Source of the DNA: a virus | Reading direction: 5' to 3' (one strand) | IMG/VR virus record: IMGVR_UViG_3300045988_136447 | Coordinates: 2,554-66,553 of that record | DNA: 64,000 bases | Part shown: one piece after another, positions 27,771 to 35,590 of the stretch | Layout of the letters: every line of letters starts with the position of its first letter | Position numbering within the stretch: the first letter of the stretch is position 1 | Made by a program: the position numbers and the translations under genes | Notes under the pieces: generated by a model | Told to the model about the DNA's origin: nothing | The model's database searches: none | The model's input: only the letters and a program-made list of their open reading frames with translations

Positions 27771-28111
27771 TACTCTTCCTCCATGAGATCATGCGCAAAA
27801 CTGGAAGTCTGAAACTCCATAGCTTCGTAGATCACTTCGGCGAAAGTAACCCAATCACCGGTGACAACGGCTCTACGGATGGCATGAGCGATTTCGTCTT
27901 TCACTTGATCTTCCGTTTTCGGTTTGAAATCGAGGCAGAACACGTTTCTCAAGTTTTCACGGGCCTTATCATGCATCTCTTCAATGTATTCGGATGCCTT
28001 GTCGCACATGTGGGAATACGACCGCATATGATGCTTAGCGATCAGTTCAATATCCGCGCAGTGGAGTTCGACCTCTTTTCCGTCATGCAGCTTAAATTTT
28101 ACGAGTTCCAT
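27770..28111 (-). CDS. hypothetical protein
   Basis: 113-aa ORF, ATGA-coupled. Confidence 0.45.
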   Translation of the reverse strand: MELVKFKLHDGKEVELHCADIELIAKHHMRSYSHMCDKASEYIEEMHDKARENLRNVFCLDFKPKTEDQVKDEIAHAIRRAVVTGDWVTFAEVIYEAMEFQTSSFAHDLMEEE

Positions 28112-28221
28112 ATAACCACCTCAAAGTATTACATCTAACGAGTGAATTCCCGTTGACTGGTGATACATTATTGCAATCGTAATTGTAATGCAAAATAAAA
28201 AGAACATGACTATTGAAAATA

Positions 28222-28623
28222 TCAATAGTCATGTTTAAAGGAATTTAAAATCGAGAGAATGTCTCGAAAAGCTGTTTTATCGAATTTTAGAGACTTGTCC
28301 GGGTACACCTCATGGCGCAACCACAGCCTCCTGCGGCAATGATTGCATACTTGATTTGCGTTCATCTCCTCTTTCGGGAAGTATTTACCGCAACCACCTC
28401 TACAACGTACTCCCCTGTTACACTCCTCTTTATGTTTGGCTTGTTTAAAGATGTAATCATGTAAGCATACCAGTGTAGCGTAATCGTAATGGTAAATCGG
28501 TCTACCAAACGCGGTCTTAGTTGTGAACACCGGATCGATCTCAAGTTTCGAAAGCAGCCACCTAAGCGTTTTATCCGGTAATCCGGTTATTTTCATAAGC
28601 TGTTTTCGGGTATAAGTTTCCAT
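28222..28623 (-). CDS. HTH plus Cys4 zinc-finger putative regulator
   Basis: KQLMKITGLPDKTLRWL HTH; CRGGCGKYF...CNHCRRR. Confidence 0.5.
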   Translation of the reverse strand: METYTRKQLMKITGLPDKTLRWLLSKLEIDPVFTTKTAFGRPIYHYDYATLVCLHDYIFKQAKHKEECNRGVRCRGGCGKYFPKEEMNANQVCNHCRRRLWLRHEVYPDKSLKFDKTAFRDILSILNSFKHDY

Positions 28624-28643
28624 GTAAAATAACCTAAAATCGT

Positions 28644-28690
28644 GTCACTGTGATGTCACTGTGATGTCACTGTGATGTCACAGTGACATT
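28644..28690. promoter_or_regulatory. operator-like array: GTCACTGTGAT x3 tandem followed by palindrome ATGTCACAGTGACAT
   Basis: Seen directly in the sequence, immediately upstream of the minus-strand HTH/Zn regulator gene. Confidence 0.5.
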
Positions 28691-29057
28691 AATTTCGACT
28701 CCTAGACAGGGTTTGCCGCGCGTTGTCGTAGGCGCGTTTGGCATTATCTGCGGTGGTTTGCATTTCTTTCATCTGTGACGTGAACTCGGAAAGTTCTCTT
28801 TGAGTAGACGCAAGATCACGATTCAAGATCAAAACCAAGATAAATGCGATTAGGGCTAAAGTACTTGTCAAGAGGTGGAAGGCGCTGCTTGCGATAAACA
28901 AAATCATGATAACCGTTTTGTTTGAAACCACTTGTTTATCAACGCTGTGCTGGATGTGCTCTTTGAATGCTTCCCAATCATTCATCTGTTCGATGTCAGA
29001 CTTCAATGGATTATTTTGGAGCATACTCATTTCCTTATTTAGTAGTTGTGCGGTCAC
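28689..29057 (-). CDS. membrane protein with central TM and C-terminal coiled coil (possible lysis or spanin-like)
   Basis: VIMILFIASSAFHLLTSTLALIAFILVLIL hydrophobic segment. Confidence 0.4.
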   Translation of the reverse strand: MTAQLLNKEMSMLQNNPLKSDIEQMNDWEAFKEHIQHSVDKQVVSNKTVIMILFIASSAFHLLTSTLALIAFILVLILNRDLASTQRELSEFTSQMKEMQTTADNAKRAYDNARQTLSRSRN

Positions 29058-29844
29058 ATACAGAGTGAATCCACTTAATTACTTCCTGTGTATCAAACGG
29101 TTTAATGCCGTCTGCGTCAATGTACGCAATCGGCCGTTTCCGATAATAGGTAAACGGAAATTTGTTGTGCAAGTGCAAAACCCTTCCCGGGTACATTGCC
29201 GCGGCCATACAGAGGGTTCCGGAGTTTACCCCGATGAATGCTTGGCATTGCTGTAAAACGCCTGTAAACGCTGTTACAGACGGTTCTACACCGCGCGTAG
29301 AGCAGTTTACAAAGTCATACGGTTCATTCTTGACATTATACTGCATGTGCCGGAAATACACTTCGATCGGAACTTTACCGCAGGATTGAATAGCCTGCCA
29401 CACTTGTTTAGCAACGTGGTACGGGATATTATAATTTGAGTTGCTGTTGCACATAAAAGATACCCCGATAAACGGAGACTGTACTTTAGGCGGTTGCCAT
29501 GTGAAATCCAAACTCAAATCAAAATCAATTCCAAGCTCATGAATGCAGCAGCACTCCGGTTTGGAATACTTTTGAAATCTATAATCAGTTGGAGTTTCGT
29601 GAAATACGATTACAAATACATAGTCATAGTATGCCTGCTCTTTTGGCTGCGGAAAGATATCAGTTCTTCCTTCAGCCCATTCAACTGCAATTTCACTCTG
29701 TGGGTACTGATTTTGAAGCCGCAAAAGGAGCGGCATAAACATAACATCATCCCCAAGACCATGAGGAAAGTAAAGAAGGGCTTTGCATCCTTCTTTAAGA
29801 TACTCCGCTACTTTCTTTTTACTAAAATCTCTAATTATAATCAT
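29035..29844 (-). CDS. GT9-like (heptosyltransferase-fold) glycosyltransferase, short form
   Basis: LYFPHGLGDDVMFMPLLLRLQNQYP (N-terminal GT9 pattern); AFIGVNSGTLCMAAAMYPGRVLHL (C-terminal GT9 pattern). Confidence 0.5.
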   Translation of the reverse strand: MIIIRDFSKKKVAEYLKEGCKALLYFPHGLGDDVMFMPLLLRLQNQYPQSEIAVEWAEGRTDIFPQPKEQAYYDYVFVIVFHETPTDYRFQKYSKPECCCIHELGIDFDLSLDFTWQPPKVQSPFIGVSFMCNSNSNYNIPYHVAKQVWQAIQSCGKVPIEVYFRHMQYNVKNEPYDFVNCSTRGVEPSVTAFTGVLQQCQAFIGVNSGTLCMAAAMYPGRVLHLHNKFPFTYYRKRPIAYIDADGIKPFDTQEVIKWIHSVCDRTTTK

Positions 29845-29846
29845 AA

Positions 29847-30578
29847 TCAGTGTTGTTTAATAAACAAATGAAATTGCATACACGAAATTTTACCTAAATG
29901 GATAATCGAAAATCCACATTTTTCTGCAATACATCTCAGCGTATTTTTTGAATACAGCATTACGTGTCCAACCCTCGGACACGTATAGTAATTCGTCTTC
30001 ACCTCCATCATATCATCAGTCACATCAGTACTGACAAGTACTGCACCTCCAAGATAAAGCATATTACTGAACTTTTTAAATGTCTCAACAATATTGTAAT
30101 CGTGTTCAATCACTTCTGTACAGGTTATCAGCTCATATTTATCGCGAAGTGGCTCTGCGTTTACAGAGTAGTATGGATCATAGCCATACACTCTTGAAAA
30201 TCCATCTTTACGCAATCTATCGATCCAAAATCCATTACCGCATCCGTAGTCCAAAATGTAAGCACCGGAGCATAGATAATAGTTGAACATTGTATGCATT
30301 AAATTATACATACAGGTAGGTCTATTTCCATGTTCATTGATAATATCAGAATCATACTTTGCGTATGCCTCATTGTAAACATGTTCTTTAAACTCTGAAG
30401 TGCCCCAATTACGTTGAGTTTCTGAGAAATAAAGACCACACTCACTACAATGCCTGTAATCGATAGTAGGGCTGAAGTCAGACCCATCAAGGTTGATTTT
30501 CCCATTCCTGAAAGGAACTGTAAACACAAAATCGGAGCTGTATCCGCAGACTGGACACAAGGTGGTATTTGTAGTCAT
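29847..30578 (-). CDS. class I SAM-dependent methyltransferase with N-terminal zinc ribbon
   Basis: CPVCGYS...CSECG; motif I ILDYGCGNGFW. Confidence 0.65.
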   Translation of the reverse strand: MTTNTTLCPVCGYSSDFVFTVPFRNGKINLDGSDFSPTIDYRHCSECGLYFSETQRNWGTSEFKEHVYNEAYAKYDSDIINEHGNRPTCMYNLMHTMFNYYLCSGAYILDYGCGNGFWIDRLRKDGFSRVYGYDPYYSVNAEPLRDKYELITCTEVIEHDYNIVETFKKFSNMLYLGGAVLVSTDVTDDMMEVKTNYYTCPRVGHVMLYSKNTLRCIAEKCGFSIIHLGKISCMQFHLFIKQH

Positions 30579-30805
30579 TGTTTACTATCTAATTTGGTTT
30601 CTATTCGATTTAAGGATGCCCTGAATTCCATACACTTATCTTTACAGTCTGATCGTAGCATGTAATCTTCTCTGGTATCATGCAACAAATCAGCAATCTC
30701 TTTTACTGAGGCAGTAAGTTCTTTAAGATTTGGACGGTAGACAAACGCAGCAATCCCCCATACCGCGCCGACAATTCCAACAATATAAGAGATCGATTCA
30801 AGCAT
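30575..30805 (-). CDS. small N-terminal TM protein (holin-like candidate)
   Basis: ISYIVGIVGAVWGIAAFVY hydrophobic segment; 76 aa. Confidence 0.4.
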   Translation of the reverse strand: MLESISYIVGIVGAVWGIAAFVYRPNLKELTASVKEIADLLHDTREDYMLRSDCKDKCMEFRASLNRIETKLDSKQ

Positions 30806-30912
30806 TAAGCGCGTTCCTCCGTTTTAATTTTTAATATAGCGCGCTTATTCGTAAATGCAAGTAATTTTATAAAATTAGCATGGGAAACCTATAAGGTTTC
30901 CCATTTATTTTA

Positions 30913-31359
30913 CTATTCTACGGAAGGTGTAGGATTGGAAATTTGGCTGTTATCTGTTGTATTCTTGAGCAAATCAACTCGATACTGCCAATAGAGTTTC
31001 ATGACTTCGATATAGGAGGCTGCGGCTTCCGGGGAATTTTCGGAAAGGTCGACCAGATAGCCGGTGATCTGCGGGCCGACGTCGCGGCGCAGGCGTTTCA
31101 CGCCTTTGATGTTTCCGGTACTGTCGTCGACCGAAACGCCGTTGTCGGCATCGATTTCGACATCCCAGCTTGCGTTCTCCCGGCTGACGTCGATGACGTT
31201 CAGGCCGTCCGTGTAGCTGGCATTAGCCGTTGCGTTCTGCGGATCAATCCCGAGATTGACACGGGTCCCGAGCGTGAAGGCTCCTGTGTTGTGGCTGCAT
31301 CCCGGCAGCAGCAGCGCGGCGGCGATGACGGTGATGGTGATAAGAATTGTCTGTTTCAT
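30913..31359 (-). CDS. lipoprotein (signal peptide plus LLPGC lipobox), GC-rich
   Basis: MKQTILITITVIAAALLLPGCSH; lies in GC-rich island next to fibre genes. Confidence 0.55.
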   Translation of the reverse strand: MKQTILITITVIAAALLLPGCSHNTGAFTLGTRVNLGIDPQNATANASYTDGLNVIDVSRENASWDVEIDADNGVSVDDSTGNIKGVKRLRRDVGPQITGYLVDLSENSPEAAASYIEVMKLYWQYRVDLLKNTTDNSQISNPTPSVE

Positions 31360-31563
31360 TGTTTCCGGTCTCCTTTATTTAATGATCGCGGCGGTTGTCG
31401 CCGCGATTGCCACGATGGTGGTCGCACGCTTTGTACGACACTTTATGTTTGTCGATCTTGTTGATTTTCCGGAGCATCTGGTTCTGCCCTTTTCGATGCG
31501 TTTCTGCACCCGCAGCCGTCCGAGCAAAAGCGGGCCTACGACTGCAAAGATTTTCCGACGGCT

Positions 31564-32013
31564 TCAAGATGCTCCATTGGCCGCCTCCTTGTACTTCCAC
31601 GCCCAGCCGCCGAATTCGCGCAGGATCGCGTGAAACTTCCGCATCTGTTTGCGAACCCAATAGCGGCGCGGATCGTACCAGCCGTAGCGGTAATTCGCCA
31701 GCTTCAGGCCGTTTTCAAGCATCTCGTCGTCAGCGTCCTTGCGTTCCGCTTCCGTACCGCCGAGCGCGCAGCGGATGTCGTGGATATCGGCGGCAAGAAC
31801 AAGGGTCGGGTTCAATCCGCTGATCACCTCCCGCAGCCATTCAGGCATCCAGTCCGCGCCGATGCCGTTGCAGACGCGACAGGCGCGTTCGCGGTCAAGC
31901 AGCAGTTCCGCGCCGGAAAGTTTCGCCGCTTTCGCAAGCGCAATTTTCTCTTCAATTTCATTCAGACTGTACATCCGTAACCTCCTGTTCCGCTTGTGTC
32001 TCTGCCAATTCAT
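31564..32013 (-). CDS. hypothetical protein (GC-rich island)
   Basis: 149-aa ORF; high local GC makes other-frame ORFs spurious. Confidence 0.4.
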   Translation of the reverse strand: MNWQRHKRNRRLRMYSLNEIEEKIALAKAAKLSGAELLLDRERACRVCNGIGADWMPEWLREVISGLNPTLVLAADIHDIRCALGGTEAERKDADDEMLENGLKLANYRYGWYDPRRYWVRKQMRKFHAILREFGGWAWKYKEAANGAS

Positions 32014-32500
32014 CCATTTTCGCCCGGACTGCTTCGATGGTCAGATCGAACGCGGCGAGCCAAACCGGAACGCGCGAATCCTTTAGGTCGATCTGCCCAC
32101 CGGGAGCGGCGTCGGAGGTCAGCAGCGCCAGTCCCGCGATGCCCTGCTTGAAGGTATCCGGGTTCTGTAGCGCCGCCGCCAGCTGATCCGCTGGAATCAG
32201 CGCATAGAGCGCGTTGATGAACGCTTCCTTATCCACCCATTCTTCCGTCGGTTCCGGCTCGGGAAGTTCGATGATCTCGCCGTCCACGATGTCCAGACGC
32301 GAAAGCGGCAGCGTGCTATCACAGCGCAGGTAGCCGTGTGCGGCGTAGTATTCCGCGCCGCGATAGGGCGGGATGGGCGACTCCTCGACGTATCCGTTGA
32401 TTTTTCGTATGTATCTCATTGGTTCCTCCAAAGTTATGCTTGTTTCGGCGTCAGCGCCGCGATTTCGGCGGCGGAAAGCGCACGGTCGAACAGCAGACAC
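31958..32500 (-). CDS. hypothetical protein, possible tail fibre assembly/chaperone by position
   Basis: Directly downstream of fibre-like gene; likely start at MRYIRK (32419). Confidence 0.35.
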   Translation of the reverse strand: MSAVRPCAFRRRNRGADAETSITLEEPMRYIRKINGYVEESPIPPYRGAEYYAAHGYLRCDSTLPLSRLDIVDGEIIELPEPEPTEEWVDKEAFINALYALIPADQLAAALQNPDTFKQGIAGLALLTSDAAPGGQIDLKDSRVPVWLAAFDLTIEAVRAKMDELAETQAEQEVTDVQSE

Positions 32501-34140
32501 GAATGAATTTTTCCGTAATAGTTACTCCACAAACCATTGCGATTATCCATCAGCGCGAATGAATCGGGACAGGCATAACCATCCATTTTCGGAATCCCGT
32601 TAACAATTTCTGATTTAAGCAGAACTCCGCAATGATAAATGGAAAGTCTGGTTTTATCATCCATCAGCTCGACAACAGCGACAACGGAGTTACGTCCGGC
32701 CAGATGGCCGGGGAGGATTGCCTCCGACAGATGTCTGGCGCCTGCAATATCTACGCTGACTTCGAGTCGATATTCAAGCGTATCTACATTGAGCTGCTTA
32801 TTGTAATTGACGGCAAGCGGAGACGGGATACTTCCTTTCGACGCCCCTTGTCCGGCAAGTTCTTGTTTACAATAATTAACGGATTCATTTTCCAAAGCCG
32901 CCGCGTCAAATTCAACGAACAATGTGTAATCTGAAATTTTTCCGCGCAAATCCAGCGCGGTATCGACCCTCGCCGGTCGCGTTTCGTCCGCCGCCTCGAA
33001 CGCCCCCCGGTTGGTGCGGACGTTCGTTTTCGTGATGAGCCGCACCCGCTCCGCTTCGGACGGATAGCTCCAGACGGTGCGGCCGGAGGTCAGGCTTTTC
33101 CAGTACGTTTCGAAGATGACGCCGTCGAAATCGGAGACCGGAGCCGTTGTTGAATAAACCGCAATTTTCTTCGTTCCAGCCGAAGAAGTTGCCACAACTT
33201 CACCGTCAAATTCGACAGTGACGAACAGGCCGACGCGCTGAATACGGATCGTGTGTTCTCCAAGCTGCCGAATGCGGTCCAGCGGAATCATAAAGGCACC
33301 CACGTCCGTCAGGCGGATGACGCTGTAATTGCCGCCCGTACCGTCACCGGCAAAAGCAATATTGATGCTGCCGTTCTGCGAATTGTGATAGAAAATCTGG
33401 CTGATCGCCGAGCCTTCCGGATAACCGTCCAGCCGGTAGCGGATGAAAAATTCACAGTCATCCTCCCCAATCGAAGGGGCGGTTGTTTCTTCATCCCGCC
33501 ACGCCTCCGGCTCCTCCGCGAAGTTGCGCGGAACGGGCGACGGCCACGGATTCGACGTGTCGTTCAGATCGGAGTATGCTGCCTGCCAGACGGCCGTTCC
33601 CGTCGAATCGTCGGTCAGGGAAACCGCGTGAAGCGTCACCGGGGCGGAGGTCGTCACCACCCGGTTGTAAGCGGACGACTCCACACGTTCGCCGCTCTGC
33701 TCGTACACCGGGCCGTCCACCGTAACCCGTAACGTGGCGCCCTCGACGGCCAGGGTGACTTCATGCCGCCCGGCCAGCGAAGACGCAAACGGAGCGTACA
33801 CGAACACCCCGCCGTTGAACGAGTAACTTCCGAATACAAACCGGCAACCGCGGGCGTCCTTGTCCAATGCAAAGGAGATTCTTCCGTTGCTCTGGTACAT
33901 GATCCAATAGCTGCCGTTTTCGAAATCGTCGGCAACCGTGAAGTCGAACGTAAAGTGATAATCGCTCGTCCAGGGGAGCGACGAATACATGGCGGCCTGT
34001 AGCGCATCCCACCGGTATCCCTCGCTGAAGTCGCGCGGCATCGCCGGGCGCAGACGGCTCCACCAGGAGCCGCCCCGGTCGGGCGTCAGGCAGAGCAGGC
34101 AGGACGGATCCTGCGCGGCGTCGGTGATCGGGTCTCTCAT
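32434..34140 (-). CDS. putative tail fibre / receptor-binding protein (GC-rich)
   Basis: 568 aa beta-rich; position in distal tail module; ATGA overlap with upstream fibre gene. Confidence 0.4.
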   Translation of the reverse strand: MRDPITDAAQDPSCLLCLTPDRGGSWWSRLRPAMPRDFSEGYRWDALQAAMYSSLPWTSDYHFTFDFTVADDFENGSYWIMYQSNGRISFALDKDARGCRFVFGSYSFNGGVFVYAPFASSLAGRHEVTLAVEGATLRVTVDGPVYEQSGERVESSAYNRVVTTSAPVTLHAVSLTDDSTGTAVWQAAYSDLNDTSNPWPSPVPRNFAEEPEAWRDEETTAPSIGEDDCEFFIRYRLDGYPEGSAISQIFYHNSQNGSINIAFAGDGTGGNYSVIRLTDVGAFMIPLDRIRQLGEHTIRIQRVGLFVTVEFDGEVVATSSAGTKKIAVYSTTAPVSDFDGVIFETYWKSLTSGRTVWSYPSEAERVRLITKTNVRTNRGAFEAADETRPARVDTALDLRGKISDYTLFVEFDAAALENESVNYCKQELAGQGASKGSIPSPLAVNYNKQLNVDTLEYRLEVSVDIAGARHLSEAILPGHLAGRNSVVAVVELMDDKTRLSIYHCGVLLKSEIVNGIPKMDGYACPDSFALMDNRNGLWSNYYGKIHSCLLFDRALSAAEIAALTPKQA

Positions 34141-35546
34141 GGCTGCACCTCCAGAATGACGCTGAGGACGACCGCCGTGACGGGAGTGTTCCCGGAATCT
34201 ACGAGGGTGTCGCGTGCGTCGTCAGTGTCGCGCCGGAGCGCAAGCGTCCCGGAGGCGACTTCGAGTGCGAATTCCGCCACGGCCGGAGCCGCTCCGACTG
34301 CAACGACGAACGAGGTGCCGGAGAGCTCGGAGCCGTTCACGACCGGCACGAGGACGATGTTTCCGGTCACGCCGGAATCGATGCTGACCGTCTCGAGCGA
34401 AACGCGCCGGAGACTCCGCACTCTCCCCCGGAAGCTCAGCTGCCGGAACGCCGTATCGAGATACCGGCAGTCGCCCCACGTCTCATCCGCCACCGCCATC
34501 TCCGTCACAGGGTCTGCGATGATCGTAGGGCCTGTCTCTCCGCGCAGCGGGATCGCCGCAGACCAGTCTGCCGATGTCGCCGAGTTCTTGACATAGAAAT
34601 TCCCCTCGTCAGTGGCGAAAAAGACGAAACCCTCTGCCTCCGCGTCATACTGCGCCCGTTCCGAAACCGGCCCCGAAGCATCAAATGCCAGTCCGTTGCC
34701 CGGATCACCCTTGATGTTGATAGGTGTAGGATTAGGCAAGTCCCCATCGTTTATCCACGAAATAACACCGTCAGAACTTACACTGGGGGTGTATATAAAT
34801 CCACGTGCGACGGCGTACCCGGAGCTCCAATCAGCCCCGATATTGGCAATTCTTTCACGGTAATAGTTATCATGATCCTCAGATTGAGAATCAAACCACG
34901 TAATACCATCTTCACTCCACTGACGCTCCAGCGGATTGCGAAAATAGGAATTGATAAATGCAATCGCTTCAGTGCCTGTAGGGGGAACCACTTGTGCAGA
35001 ACTCCAATCACGGATTGTATTTTTAGCAATAAACGGTATCCATGCAATTGTTGAAGGATTTGACAATCCTTGCATATACTGCTTGACATTGATGTATACG
35101 CCCGTATTGATGCTTACTTTGTCCGTTGTAACTTCTTTAAACTTAACGGTATCGGAATTTATCCTTATAGAAAGTTGTCCGGATGCAAAATCCGCTGTCC
35201 CACCGTCAACCCAGTCACCCTCGATATTAAACATATTGGAAGTAGGGTCTGCTTCGTCAAACGGAATGACAGACTGAAGAGATTTTGCCATCAGATAGTC
35301 GTCATCATCAAAGTTGTTATCAGCGACAAACACAAATGAAGTATCTGTGTCAAATGAAATCGGAGTGAATGTAACAGCTCCAGCTTCGTCCATCTGACGC
35401 TCACCGAACTGAATGCACAGGATTTGCCACTGGCCACGCTCAATATTGATATAGTCAGAGGATTTCGTGACAAAAGCCCCGTCTGCATACACCTGAGCGC
35501 GCGTATTTATGTCAATGTATGTAAGGGTCTTTTGCATATATGTCAC
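34137..35546 (-). CDS. putative tail fibre protein, chimeric (AT-rich 5' part, GC-rich 3' part)
   Basis: Composition switches at about 34700 within the ORF. Confidence 0.45.
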   Translation of the reverse strand: MTYMQKTLTYIDINTRAQVYADGAFVTKSSDYINIERGQWQILCIQFGERQMDEAGAVTFTPISFDTDTSFVFVADNNFDDDDYLMAKSLQSVIPFDEADPTSNMFNIEGDWVDGGTADFASGQLSIRINSDTVKFKEVTTDKVSINTGVYINVKQYMQGLSNPSTIAWIPFIAKNTIRDWSSAQVVPPTGTEAIAFINSYFRNPLERQWSEDGITWFDSQSEDHDNYYRERIANIGADWSSGYAVARGFIYTPSVSSDGVISWINDGDLPNPTPINIKGDPGNGLAFDASGPVSERAQYDAEAEGFVFFATDEGNFYVKNSATSADWSAAIPLRGETGPTIIADPVTEMAVADETWGDCRYLDTAFRQLSFRGRVRSLRRVSLETVSIDSGVTGNIVLVPVVNGSELSGTSFVVAVGAAPAVAEFALEVASGTLALRRDTDDARDTLVDSGNTPVTAVVLSVILEVQP

Positions 35547-35590
35547 CTCGTTTTAGCATAATATACTCCGATACTTTCAAATTTCAATCA

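Noticed and set aside
28644-28690. Possible mini-CRISPR or integration attachment site
   Set aside because: There are only three 11-bp head-to-tail units plus a palindrome. The array is adjacent to an HTH gene, so an operator is the more parsimonious reading.
31256-33732. Several plus-strand ORFs (31256..31633, 31395..31823, 31630..31980, 31739..32086, 33253..33732, 33483..33725)
   Set aside because: They lie in the 60% GC island, where stop codons are rare in all frames. They are Arg/Pro/Ala-rich and overlap coherent minus-strand genes.
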